DNA of 57,158 nt from Octopus bimaculoides (taxonomy: Eukaryota). This document shows positions 1 through 11,271 of the stretch, one piece after another (position 1 is the stretch's first letter; each line of letters starts with the position of its first letter). The stretch spans positions 80,752,327 through 80,809,484 of the forward strand of contig NC_068984.1 of NCBI RefSeq assembly GCF_001194135.2, written 5' to 3'. The position numbers and the translations under genes are program-made. The notes under the pieces were generated by a model. It searched no databases and was not told where the DNA came from. It saw only the letters and a program-made list of their open reading frames with translations.

Positions 1-250
1 TATATATATGCATGTATATATATGTATATATGTACATATACATATATATATACATGCGTGTGTGTATACATATATATATATATATATGTACATATATATG
101 AATATGTATACATATATATGCATATATGCATAGAAATACATATATATATATATGTATTTGTGTGTGTGCGTGTGTGTGTGTGTGTGTATGTATGCATGTG
201 TGCATGTATGTATGTATATGTATGTTTTCATACGTATGTATGTATGTATT
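1..250. repeat. Compound (TA)n/(TG)n/(TATG)n microsatellite
   Basis: Directly visible dinucleotide and tetranucleotide runs; the overlapping ORFs are YI/CV/HT artefacts. Confidence 0.95.
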
Positions 251-744
251 CACTCAGAAACTCACCACTAGCACAATCATTGCGGCAATACATATGGACA
301 GACTAACACACCAAACACACCAACACACCAACATAGAAACACACTGACACACACCAGTAGCAACGCACCACAAACATATGACCATCATACCGACACACCA
401 TTCTAAATATCAGTTTCTTCAAGTAAGTAATTGATAACGGCAATTTGGTAAATTTATTGCAGAAATTCAATGGACAATAGATTCGCCACCCTCGGCCCAC
501 ATCACTGATTACATACGGTGATACACACTCTATGCACGACCCACCACCATCACCCCACCTTCACTCCACCCCACACTGATTACACACAGTGATATCAAAG
601 TATAGTGCAACCTTTGAGTGATTCCGACAATATCAAAGGAGTACGGAATTAATATACAAGTTACTTTGCAAAGTAATTATAGCAAAATCTTCCTGGCTTT
701 ATGAACAATTAGCTTCAAGTGGAGAAATGGCTAAATAACAAACG

Positions 745-1560
745 ATGATGGTGGTAGCATAATGGTAGTGGTGGTGGTGGTGGTGGTGGTGGTGGCGGTA
801 TCAGTGGTGATGACAGCAGTGGTGGTGGAGGTGGAGGTGGAGGTGGTGGTGGTGATGGTGGAGATGCTAGTGCTGGTGGTGGTGATGGTGGAGATGTTAA
901 CAGTTGTATGGAAGTTATGGTGGTACTGATGATGATGGTAGTATGCTTTTGTTGATGGTGATAGTGATGGTGATGGTGATGGTGGTGNNNNNNNNNNNNN
1001 NNNNNNNNNNNNNNNNNNNNNNNNNNNNNNNNNNNNNNNNNNNNNNNNNNNNNNNNNNNNNNNNNNNNNNNNNNNNNNNNNNNNNNNNNNNNNNNNNNNN
1101 NNNNNNNNNNNNNNNNNNNNNNNNNNNNNNNNNNNNNNNNNNNNNNNNNNNNNNNNNNNNNNNNNNNNNNNNNNNNNNNNNNNNNNNNNNNNNNNNNNNN
1201 NNNNNNNNNNNNNNNNNNNNNNNNNNNNNNNNNNNNNNNNNNNNNNNNNNNNNNNNNNNNNNNNNNNNNNNNNNNNNNNNNNNNNNNNNNNNNNNNNNNN
1301 NNNNNNNNNNNNNNNNNNNNNNNNNNNNNNNNNNNNNNNNNNNNNNNNNNNNNNNNNNNNNNNNNNNNNNNNNNNNNNNNNNNNNNNNNNNNNNNNNNNN
1401 NNNNNNNNNNNNNNNNNNNNNNNNNNNNNNNNNNNNNNNNNNNNNNNNNNNNNNNNNNNNNNNNNNNNNNNNNNNNNNNNNNNNNNNNNNNNNNNNNNNN
1501 NNNNNNNNNNNNNNNNNNNNNNNNNNNNNNGTGGTGGTGGTGGTGGTGGTGGTGGTGGCG
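745..1560. repeat. (GGT/GAT)n trinucleotide tract spanning assembly gap 988-1530
   Basis: GGT/GAT runs on both sides of a 543-nt N run. Confidence 0.9.
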
Positions 1561-1689
1561 AAGTTTGTGGTTGCAACCATACAGTTGTATTTGTATTACA
1601 ATTAAAGCTGTGATAGTGATTTTGGTGATGATAGTGGTTCTGGTGCTGGGGTTGATATATGTATATACATGTATGTGTATATACAAACT

Positions 1690-1832
1690 CATCATCATCA
1701 TTTAACACCCATGTTCCATACAGACATGGGTTGAATGGTTTGAATGGATCTTATAGGTCCATGACTACATCATACTCCTGTATCTGCTCTGTCATGGTTT
1801 CCTCATTTGGATGCCTTTCCTAAAGCCAACAA
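1690..1832 (-). mobile_element. RTE-type LINE 3' end fragment with (GAT)n tail
   Basis: ATCATCATCATTTAAC...CATGGGTTG...GGATGCCTTTCCTAAAGCCAAC is the reverse complement of the 3' end of the RTE copy at 11272-11935. Confidence 0.7.
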
Positions 1833-2153
1833 TATGAATGTTTACACCACCATACCACACAACACCACATCACATCACATCATAGCACCACGCACACACT
1901 AGCCCTGACCACTTCCCAGCCTCACATCCACACACCTACACATTCACATGTCAAGGTCGCCAGCCCTCTTCCACATGCACATACATACTCTCTTATACAC
2001 ACGCACACACACCTTCGTTTTGGGATCACCACTACTTTATTATCTACCCTTCTTCCTAGCTCTCCTCTGTGACCCCTATGTCCAGCATTCGCCATGATAG
2101 ATTGCTAGCCACTACACATTCTTTATTTTCTCTCCTTGTTTCTTTTTGTGTTC

Positions 2154-2189
2154 CTTTCTGTGGAAGAGCATAGGCTCAAAACGTTAAAG
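2154..2189 (+). ncRNA. Degenerate minimal type I hammerhead-ribozyme motif (PLE pLTR-like)
   Basis: CTTT(stem I)-CTGTGGA(core variant)-A-GAGC atag GCTC(stem II)-AAAAC(GAAAC with G12A)-GTT-AAAG(stem I partner); palindromic AACGTT at helix III. Confidence 0.5.
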
Positions 2190-2761
2190 ACTTTTTCACT
2201 TCTCAAGTATTAAACTAATACATCTGTTTGTTGTCTACACCACCTGTCTTCGTCTTTTGTTGTTTTTTTCTATGAATTCTCCCTATATNNNNNNNNNNNN
2301 NNNNNNNNNNNNNNNNNNNNNNNNNNNNNNNNNNNNNNNNNNNNNNNNNNNNNNNNNNNNNNNNNNNNNNNNNNNNNNNNNNNNNNNNNNNNNNNNNNNN
2401 NNNNNNNNNNNNNNNNNNNNNNNNNNNNNNNNNNNNNNNNNNNNNNNNNNNNNNNNNNNNNNNNNNNNNNNNNNNNNNNNNNNNNNNNNNNNNNNNNNNN
2501 NNNNNNNNNNNNNNNNNNNNNNNNNNNNNNNNNNNNNNNNNNNNNNNNNNNNNNNNNNNNNNNNNNNNNNNNNNNNNNNNNNNNNNNNNNNNNNNNNNNN
2601 NNNNNNNNNNNNNNNNNNNNNNNNNNNNNNNNNNNNNNNNNNNNNNNNNNNNNNNNNNNNNNNNNNNNNNNNNNNNNNNNNNNNNNNNNNNNNNNNNNNN
2701 NNNNNNNNNNNNNNNNNNNNNNNNNNNNNNNNNNNNNNNNNNNNNNNNNNNNNNNNNNNNN

Positions 2762-2789
<28 letters not shown>

Positions 2790-2792
<3 letters not shown>

Positions 2793-3265
2793 TGGGTACA
2801 GGATGTCACGAACAGTAGACAACATGAAATACGTAAGCAAATGAGTTAAATACGCAAACAACAAGAGGAAAAAATGGAAAACAGGACAAGTAATACAAAG
2901 AATACAAGGAACAACCCTTCATCAGTTGTCGGCTGTCTATCTACTCCTCATTTCGAGCAACCAGTGACAATATGAGTCTTCGAAGACAGTTGCTCCCATA
3001 AATACCAAAATAAAATTTTGGATTGATGGAGGGTCAAAGCTGGGAACAAAAACAGGACAGTGGAGACATACAAAGAAATCAAACAAAAACAAACATGGAG
3101 GGTCGTTAGACCTGAACGACGGGATAACAGTGAATGCTGAGAAAAATATTTTCTTTGAAAAGAAAAGATAGAAGAGCGAGATAGATGATGTCCAGTCCTT
3201 AGAACGTCCGTGCAAGAAAAGAAATATGGTCACATGAGGAAAAGAAAGATAGACGATGGTCATGT
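2790..3265. mobile_element. Unclassified interspersed-repeat-like segment containing a hairpin (GAGCAAC...GTTGCTC)
   Basis: Higher complexity than the flanks, internal hairpin, and a CTGATGAAGGG motif on minus; no coding similarity recognised. Confidence 0.3.
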
Positions 3266-3417
3266 GTGAGCAACAAGAGAGAGAAAAAGAGAAAGAGGGA
3301 GAGAGTGAGAGACAGATAGAAAATGGTGAAAGGGAGAGAAAATAAAAAGGATGGGGGAGAAAACTGTATAGAGTAGAGTCACATCAAAAAGGTTAAAATA
3401 AACTTACTTGGAAATGG

Positions 3418-3419
<2 letters not shown>

Positions 3420-3456
<37 letters not shown>

Positions 3457-3590
3457 ACAGGCTTCTTTCAGTTTCCGTCTACCAAATCCACTCACAAGGT
3501 TTTGGTCAGCCTGAGGCTATAATAGAATACACTTGCCCAAGGTGCCATGCAGTGGGATTGAATCCGGAACCATGTGGTTGGGAAGCAAGG
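3420..3590 (-). mobile_element. SINE-B 5' half with its internal (TA)n
   Basis: Reverse complement of the 5' half of the full copy at 18192-18610 (GGCTTCTTTCAGTTTCCGTCTACCAAATCCACTCACAAGG...). Confidence 0.85.
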
Positions 3591-3893
3591 CGTATATATA
3601 TTTACTTTAAAGTAAATGCTAGAGGTAATACTTTATAATTGTAAGCACCTGTGTATGCCAGATCGTGGCCTGGGTGAAAGAATATGGTGAAAGCTTGAAA
3701 CACGTGTATCGCAGAATCCTTTGTGTTTTGTTTTTATTTTTACGTTTCCAATTTATATTTACTTTAATATATATATATCATGATTTCATTTTCTAGCATA
3801 CATTTGTTTTAGCCATCCTTATAGTTCATCATGTGTGTATGTGCATGTGTCTGCATGTGCATACACACACGCACACACACACACATACACAAG

Positions 3894-4175
3894 GTGCAGA
3901 CATGGTCGTGTGGTAGATGGAAACTGAAAGAAGCCTGTCGTATGTGTGTGTGTGTGTGTGTGTGTGTCTTTGTGTCTTTGTTCCCCATCATCACTTGACA
4001 ACCGGTGTTGGTGTGTTTACATTCCTGTAACTTTGCAGTTCAGCAAAGTGACCAATAGAATAAGTACTAGGCTTAAAAATAAGTCTTGGGGTCAAACTGC
4101 TCGACAAAAACACTTTGAGGCAGTGCACCAGCATGACCACAGTTTCAAATGATTGAAGCAAGTAAAATAATAAAA
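3894..4175 (+). mobile_element. SINE-B with internal deletion
   Basis: Head GTCGTGTGGTA is fused directly to GATGGAAACTGAAAGAAGCC (TGGTA microhomology), followed by (TG)n and the full 3' half. Confidence 0.8.
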
Positions 4176-4496
4176 GAATATATATATATAATATTTGGAG
4201 TATTGCAGAGAAAATACATGATAAAACAAAGGAATAAAGAGAGAGTGTATGATAGACCAATGCTAATCTTCTTAATCCAGAGCATGTATGCATTTTCAAA
4301 ATCTCAAAAATTACTTGTGGAAATGGTGGCCTTTCATACAAAAGTTACCATCTTGTGTTTAGATAATTACTGGAATTGTTGTTGTAAAAGTGAAAGCCCT
4401 TCAGTTGCACAAACCTTTGTCATTTCATCAGCTTAGATGCTCTAGATATACTATTTAAGATATTTGCTATATCCAAATATAGGACTACATTGTAAA

Positions 4497-4570
<74 letters not shown>

Positions 4571-4799
4571 TATAGATATATATAGTGTGTGTGTGTGTGT
4601 TGTTTTATATTCTTTAGAGAAACATCACACCCTTAGCAGAAAATGACAGAATACTCATTGTCCTAAAAATACATTATAAAGAATCAATCACAAAACATTT
4701 AATTGTTGCTTTCAATCACCAAAACTTACTATTTAAGTAGAATACACAACATAGTATCCTTTTGATTCCTTTTTTTATTATTATTATTTAATTCTCCTA

Positions 4800-5048
4800 T
4801 AACAAAGGATGCCTACTTGGAGCTCCTGAAAAATATTTTGGCATTAGACATGAAAAGGAAAATGTTCTAAAGCATTATTCTACAATTTAAGAAAGCTCCT
4901 CTACCCAACAATTACAAAGTTTGATAATTCCCTAATGCACAATTTTCAGTACATTTGTGAAGCTGAGATGGACTAATACCAAAAAACTCTGATATGATTC
5001 TCTTGGGTTTCTTCTTCTAAGACTATATCAATGATCAAGTCTACAGAT
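4800..5048 (+). pseudogene. Very degraded Tc1/mariner-superfamily transposase C-terminal fragment
   Basis: Manual translation gives ..DAYLELLKNIL.. and ..GFFF*DYINDQVY, resembling the LDFFLWGY.KDQVY motif; cut by the mariner at 5052. Confidence 0.3.
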
Positions 5049-5051
5049 AAT

Positions 5052-6203
5052 TACAAGGTGCATTCCAGAAGTTTTGAGATCTTTTTAAGGGAAAAGCAGC
5101 TATGTCTGCCCTAGATTATTATAATGTTAGTATATCATTATTATACATCTAATAAGCTGACCTGCCAAATTTTGTTATTCCAGATTGAAGTATACAACTG
5201 TAACAGCACTTTGAACACACTCTACTAAACACTGCTTGTCACAGCTGACTACCTTGCAGAATGCAGCCAAGATGTGAAGACATTTTGGAAACATACTATG
5301 CAATAAAGTTTTGTGTTAAACTGGACAAAAATACTGCAGAAATGTATGAAATGCTCCACATTGCTTATGGATTAACTTTTTTGCCAGCACAAGAAGTTTG
5401 AGAATGGTAGAGAGGAAATGAGAGAGATGATAAGTATGGTAGGGAGAGAGACATTAGGACATCAGAGTTGGTTGGAAAAATTTGCAGTTTTCTAGATGAA
5501 GGCTGTTGTGTATCTATAAAGACAATAAGGGTACAGCTTGGGGTTGATGTGGTAACTATATACAGAATTATTAATTTATTATTAAAGCTGCAAAAATATC
5601 ACAAAACACAGCGTTTCATGTTCCCATTCTTAATCAAAACTGTCCAACGAACGTGAACATGAAATGCTGAGTAGCAGTTTTTCTCATATTTTTGTGATTT
5701 TTTGCAGCTTTAATAATAAAGCATATTACTCTACCTTGGGTATTCAAGTACTATTTTTCCCACCTTGTTTCACATTTATGTGTGCTTACTCTGGTGTACA
5801 GAATTATTCATGAAGCTCTGAACATGCACAATATTTGCACAAAGTTCGTTCCCAGGTGCTCAGTGATGAGCATTTTGGTAACCACCTACTTGACAGAGAT
5901 GGACATCAGAACTGTCCTTCACCTTTCCTACAATCCAGACTTCCTATGACTTTTGGTTGTTGCCAAAGCTGAAGGAGAAATTCAGGGGAAGTCATTTTGA
6001 AAATGAAGGAGGTTGTGACAAGAGTCCTAGACACCTTCACTTTAGATGACTTTGAAGAGATCTTCATGAAATGAAAGAAGCGCCACAACAAATGCATTGA
6101 AGTCAGAGAATCTTACTTTGAAGAAGATTACAGTTTTGTACTTCTTTGAAATTAATAATTGTCTCCTCTGCAAAAGTCTGTAAACTTCTGAAATGCACCT
6201 ATA
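5052..6203 (+). mobile_element. Internally deleted mariner (Tc1/mariner) transposon
   Basis: Imperfect TIRs TA-CAAGGTGCATTCCAGAAGTTT (5052) and AAACTTCTGAAATGCACCT-ATA (6182-6203). Decayed transposase: YAIKFCVKLDKNTAEMYEMLHIAYG, KFENGREEM..DDK.GR, TIYRII/HEALNMHNICTKFVPR, DFWLLPKLKEKFRG, KCIEVRESYFEED. Confidence 0.85.
5573..5796. mobile_element. 224-bp hairpin-bearing insertion with 12-bp TSD inside the mariner ORF
   Basis: TACAGAATTATT at 5561-5572 and 5797-5808 flanks the insert and splits the TIYRII|HEAL reading; nested inverted repeats at 5576-5720. Confidence 0.75.
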
Positions 6204-7658
6204 CATGTATTGAATATATAAAGTAGGGGTTGTCAAAATGATTCTGAGTGTTAAAGGTACTGAATTATTAGCAAATTGAATCTGGAAGAACATGGTGATT
6301 CAAGGTTAAAAATCACTAATTTCCAGCCAAATATTGATGCAAACACTATTCATTAAACCCATATTTTACATTAAATATTCTAACTATATCAACAAAATAT
6401 GACTGAATTTTTATTGTTCTTTATCAATTTCATTAAGTACCTTCATTAAATTTCTTTAAATATTTCTTGCTTAAACATGCTAGAGACATGAATAAATGAA
6501 GGAATTATTGTTCTGAAGTGAAGAAATTTTTTTATTAATTATACTTTTCATTTCTGTTTTAGACATTTACATGTTGGAGGTCAATAAATTATCTGTAAGA
6601 GGTTCAATGATACAAGGTGTTTGTCAACCCCTGATTTAAAGCAAGAAAATTGGAGAAGTGATAAAAATTCGAACCACAATGATCTTGATGGATTCAACAA
6701 TACATTCAGCATGATGGTGGATTTCAAACTCCATATTAAATACTAAATAAAATAGCATTAACTGTTCGTTAAACAAAATATACCGTCTTCTGTTTACATT
6801 TGTTCATTGCTGGATTTGGCAGTATCAGAATGCTAAAGGGACTTTTGAATCAACCTGTATAACATTCTTAAAGTGAATATAATGATATATGTGTTTTCAA
6901 TGGCTATCATCATCTCATCATGGTGTAATTGTTTCAGTTTCAACACATAATCTCAGATTAAGTCACTTACCAAATAAGTACAACACTTAAATTAGTGTAT
7001 GTGCACGTGTGTGTGTGTACATGTATGCATTTGCATGTGTGTGTGTGTGTGTGTGTTGTTTGAGGAGTATGCATGAATATATGTAAATACACATACACAT
7101 GCATATACACACACACATGAAATTTATTGTGTCTTCTCAGTAGGACTTTTAATTAAAAATTTCAAACTGCAGATACAGCATGACAATTCTTTCTCCTTAT
7201 ATATCACTCTAAGATATCTCAAGTTTCACCCTATTATTTACCATTATTTATATTGGGCTTCATACTGTCTCTCTCAGCTGATATATTTAAACTTCTCACT
7301 AAGCAGCATTTAGTTGATGATTCTAGTTCTGTTGTCTTGAAAGTCAATCTCATGAGATTTGCAATTCTTTTAATAGATATAAGAACTCTAATTTATTTGC
7401 CTTGTGTAGCAATACAAAAGATCTCTCTTTGTATTCCAAAATGGAAATATACACAAAAGGAAATTGTGAATTAACTTGCTAAGATGCTTAATGTAGATGA
7501 TATTAGATGTTATAAGCACTGACTTGAGACAACAATGAGAAACAAAGTCAGTTGTTGGCAAGAAATGGATATATAATCAGTGTCATGTCAGTGGGTTTGT
7601 TTCTCATCTCCTTCTTATCATTTTGGTGCTTGTAATATTTTATATTACAGGCACAGGT

Positions 7659-8044
7659 GTGGAGGCGCAATGGCCTAGTGGTTAGGGCAGTGGACTCGTG
7701 GTCATAGGATCGCGGTTTCGATTCCCAGACTGGGTGTTGTGAGTGATTATTGAGCAAAAACACCTAAAGTTCCACGAGGCTCTGGCAAGGGGTGGTGGCG
7801 AACCCTGCTGTACTCTTTCACCACAACTTTCGCTCACTCTTTCTTCCTGTTTCTGTTGTACCTGTATTTCAAAGGGCCAGCCTTGTCACACTGTGTCACG
7901 CTGAATATCCCCGAGAACTACGTCAAGGGTACACGTGTCTGTGGAGTGCTCAGCCACTTGCACGTTAATTTCACGAGCAGGCTGTTCCGTTGATCGGATC
8001 AACTGGAACCCTCGACGTCGTAAGCGACAGAGTGCCAACAACAA
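7659..8044 (+). mobile_element. SINE-A, full-length tRNA-derived SINE
   Basis: A box TGGCCTAGTGG, B box GGTTTCGATTCC, 10-bp TSD AGGCACAGGT (7649-7658 / 8048-8057); close match to 31513-31893. Confidence 0.9.
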
Positions 8045-8063
8045 TATAGGCACAGGTAACATT

Positions 8064-8275
8064 GTGAGATGGTAGAATCATTGGCATGCTGAGTGAATGT
8101 TTTGTGGCATTTTGTCTGTCTTTATGTCCTGAGTTCAAATTCTGCCAAGGTCGACTTTAATTTTCATTTTTTTCTAGATCAATAAAATAAGTACCAGTTG
8201 AGGTCAAGGGTCAATGTAATTGACTTACCCCACCCCCGAAAATGCTGTCCTTGTGCCAAAATTTGAAACCATTAT
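8064..8275 (+). mobile_element. SINE-C (tRNA-like head, GAGTTCAAATTC B box, conserved central domain)
   Basis: Homologous to the copies at 37436, 40998, 41662 and 54378. Confidence 0.8.
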
Positions 8276-8280
8276 TACAG

Positions 8281-8441
8281 GCACAGGTGTGGCTATGTGA
8301 TAAGAAATTTCCAACCACATGGACTGAGGTTCAGGCCTACTGCATGGCACCTTGGATAAGTGTCTTCTATTATAACATGGGCAAAAGCAAAACCTTGCAA
8401 GTGGACTTGGTCAACAGAAACTGAGAGAAGCCCATTCTATG

Positions 8442-8495
<54 letters not shown>

Positions 8496-8500
8496 TTTAT
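8281..8500 (+). mobile_element. SINE-B 5' half ending in its TA/TG microsatellite
   Basis: GTGGCTATGTGATAAG...CCAACCACATGG...AGTGTCTTCTATTATA...AGAAACTGAGAGAAGCC then (TA)(TG)n. Confidence 0.75.
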
Positions 8501-8689
8501 GGGGGGGGTATACCACAAAATTGTAATGGTCATTTGGACGTTGACTAATGAAGAATTAGCTACAAATTTTTTGTTTGATATGTTTTTGTAAAATTTTCCG
8601 TTTGTTTTGTTTCTGTTAAATTTTTTAAATATGTATGTATGTATATATGTAAATGTGCATATGTGTATACTTGTGTGTTACTGTCTCTT

Positions 8690-8890
8690 CTCTGACTTCA
8701 TGTGAAAGTCGAAAACGAATGCCCCACTGTCATGCAAACAGTGTCTTTCATTTCCAATCTTCCATGAAAACAATGTCTGATCATGAGGCAATATTACCTT
8801 ACTTGGAAATAGGTGAGGGTTGGCAACAGGAAGGGCACCTGGCTGCATAAAATCCATGGCATAAAATTCCGTCTAACCCATGCATGCACG
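8690..8890 (+). mobile_element. Short retroposon 3' fragment
   Basis: Contains GGTTGGCAACAGGAAGGGCACC..AACCCATGCATG, similar to the RTE-type 3' UTR motif at 11795-11885. Confidence 0.4.
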
Positions 8891-9060
8891 AATAGTGATG
8901 ACAATGATGATGATGGTGGTGGGGGGGGGGAAAGATGTTCAAAATGATACTGGAGCCATTGGTATTGTGGAATGTAAGAAAGATGATAATATCTCTAATT
9001 CCTTAGCATCAAAACAAAATGCATCAACAGTTCTATATTTAATAGATGAGAAATTATATA

Positions 9061-9355
9061 CATTATTTACATTTGACAGATATTTGTCCTCATCTTGATT
9101 GTTGTTAACACAACGTTTTGGTTGATATACCCTCCAGCCTTCATCAGGTGTCTTGGGGGAATTTCGAACCTGGGTTCTCATTCCTAAGGTAATTTTCGAT
9201 GTTGTTGTTATTATTATTATTATTGTTATTATTGTTATTATTATTATTATTATTATTATTGTTGTTAATATTATTATTCAGGTCACTACTTGGAATCAAA
9301 CTCGGAATCTTGTGGTTAGTAGCCCGCACTCTTAACCACTATGCTATATGCCATG
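9061..9355 (-). mobile_element. SINE-H copy 1: tRNA-headed SINE with hammerhead-like tail
   Basis: Minus strand reads AGCATAGTGGTTAAG (A box)...GAGTTTGATTCC (B box), (AAT)n linker, then a tail containing GACAC-CTGATGA-A-GGCTG..CAACC-AAAAC-GTT-GTGTT. Confidence 0.85.
9107..9152 (-). ncRNA. Minimal type I hammerhead ribozyme motif (degenerate) in SINE-H copy 1
   Basis: Stem I GACAC/GTGTT, intact CTGATGA, extra A, stem II GGCTG/CAACC (one mismatch), G12A, GUU triplet, palindromic AACGTT. Confidence 0.65.
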
Positions 9356-9580
9356 TTCACTACCTCATCCCATGTCTTCCTGGGTCTACCTCTTCCACAA
9401 GTTCCTTCTACAGTTAAGGAGTGGCACTTCCTTACACAGCTGTCTTCATTCATATGTAATATATGGCCATACCAGTGCAGTTGCCTCTCTTGCACACCAC
9501 ATTTGAAAAATAAATTACTGAACTACAACAGAGTTGGTCTTATCCTGTTGCTTTAAATAATTAGTTTTAAAGATGAGACC
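9356..9580 (-). repeat. Local inverted duplicate of 11194-11423 (unique flank plus RTE C-terminal coding fragment)
   Basis: Base-by-base reverse-complement match with roughly 11 differences over about 225 bp, including about 80 bp of non-RTE flank. Confidence 0.9.
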
Positions 9581-9821
9581 CATGGGCATATGGCATAGTG
9601 GTTAAGAGCACAGGCTACTAACCCCAAGATTCCGAGTTCGATTCCAAGTAGTGACCTGAACAATAACAATAATAATAGCATCAAAAAATACCTTAGGAAT
9701 GAGAACCCAGGTTCGAAATTTCCCGAAGACAGCTGAAGAAGGCTGGGGGGTATATCAGCCAAAACGTTGTGTTAACAACAAACAAGAGGAGTACAAATAT
9801 CCGTCAAGTGTAAATAATGTA
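9581..9821 (+). mobile_element. SINE-H copy 2: tRNA-headed SINE with hammerhead-like tail
   Basis: TGGCATAGTGGTTAAG A box, GAGTTCGATTCC B box, AAT-rich linker, tail homologous to copy 1 ending GTAAATAATGTA. Confidence 0.85.
9728..9773 (+). ncRNA. Minimal type I hammerhead ribozyme motif (degenerate) in SINE-H copy 2
   Basis: GACAG-CTGAAGA-A-GGCTG gggggtatat CAGCC-AAAAC-GTT-GTGTT; perfect 5-bp stem II, G12A. Confidence 0.65.
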
Positions 9822-10899
9822 AAACGCATCATCTCCCAAAATTAGTATTTTGTTCAGCAACTACAATGTGCTACAAAGTTTATAAAATACTTTATAAGTC
9901 AAAACTGTGTCCTAAGTAATGTGTTCGTGGATGGTTAATGGGTTGGATGTGGGGCTGAAGAAAGAGCAAGAACTCTTGAAATATGCATATACACCCATTA
10001 TCTATCTTTCTAACTTTGATCACATTGTTGTTTATATTAGACATATTTGGATACAAGGCACTGTATCAAATCAGTGCTGGCTTTAATTTCTATAGAAAAT
10101 CTGTAGAGATGACCTTAACAGGTGATTGAATAGCACTGCTAACACAGTAGAACACAGTATTGATTTACCAAGTGTTTAATATACTTTGTAATATATTGTG
10201 GTTGCATAACGAAATATGGTGTCCCTGCAAGTAACTAAAAAGCAATATCTATAAATACAACCAAGCAAATATAAAATCATACATGAAGACAAGAGAACAA
10301 ATACATCAATCTGCAATGGTGCAGTAGGCAATGTGTTCTTCTCAAATGCAAGCTTCCTATTATATGGAGTTTGTCTTTTTATTTTTTTAATTTATTTTTT
10401 TTTTTACTAATTTAAAAAAAATTTACTTTTTAAATTCTGTTTTTTTTCTTTCCTCAAAAAACAATACTATTTTATTCTTTATTTCCTTTTTTGCATTATT
10501 TTTGAAGTTACAATCTCTTGAATTTCAAATAATTTTTTATTTACTTTCCCTAGAAATATAGAATGTTCTAGAAGACATCTTATGTTAAGAATGTTGTATT
10601 TTTGATTTTCTAACTCTTAATATCTTAGTCTCTTACATACAGATGTATTGTTACATGAAGTATATTTTTGTTTGTTTTCTTTGCCAACTACTATCAATTA
10701 CTTAACTGTATATGATAGTATATATCAACAATATGACTTAACATAAAATATCTCAGAAGAGCTTTCAGTATAATAAATGCAAATGTGATAGGATCTTGCA
10801 TATGTAGTATAATGAGCTGAAAGCTTTCAATTTGAGTTTATTCAAGTAATTAGTATACTAAAATTTGTTCTAAAGAATTGTAAAGTCTAAAGCAAAAAC

Positions 10900-11133
10900 T
10901 GTTATATCACACATTCGGATGGCATACCTTCGCCAATGACATACCTCTACTCAACTACCGAACTCTCACTTCCAGCGACTTGACTCAACAGAACTCAATG
11001 TCTAGTCTACCGACGGCTTCGGCTCACTCTATGCAACGCTTCTATGACTAGCTATCACGTCCACTATTTATATGTATTGAACTAGCCTACTTATCGTTTG
11101 GGGGCATCCACACGACAAAAACAAGGGACATCA
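10900..11133 (-). mobile_element. Possible solo LTR (234 bp)
   Basis: TG...CA ends, higher GC than the flanks, TATAAATAG on minus at 11064-11073; no TSD and no AATAAA seen. Confidence 0.3.
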
Positions 11134-11271
11134 CTTAAATAGCATCAATGGATGAGTATTTGTGGGTTAGTTAAACAAAACTGATTAAAAGGAGGTCTCA
11201 TCTTTAAAAACTAATTATTTAAAGCAACAGGATAAGACCAACTCTGTGTTGTATAGTTCAATAATTTATTT

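Noticed and set aside
611-649. H-type pseudoknot CCTTTGA/TCAAAGG with ATTCCG/CGGAAT
   Set aside because: The pairing is real, but a rough estimate suggests about one such 7+6 bp coincidence per window by chance; it lacks the P3/P4 elements of an HDV-like ribozyme.
2905-2995. Hammerhead on minus (GAAA...CTGATGAAGGG)
   Set aside because: Core words are present, but stems I and III cannot be formed in either type I or type II topology.
6563-6615. Possible micro-exon (IYMLEVNKLS..)
   Set aside because: Too short, weak donor, no similarity recognised.
7659-7730. tRNA gene calls for SINE heads (also 9585-9655, 31513-31585)
   Set aside because: A/B boxes are present but the acceptor stem is not closed, there is no Pol III terminator, and each head continues into a multicopy SINE body, with TSDs in the SINE-A copies.
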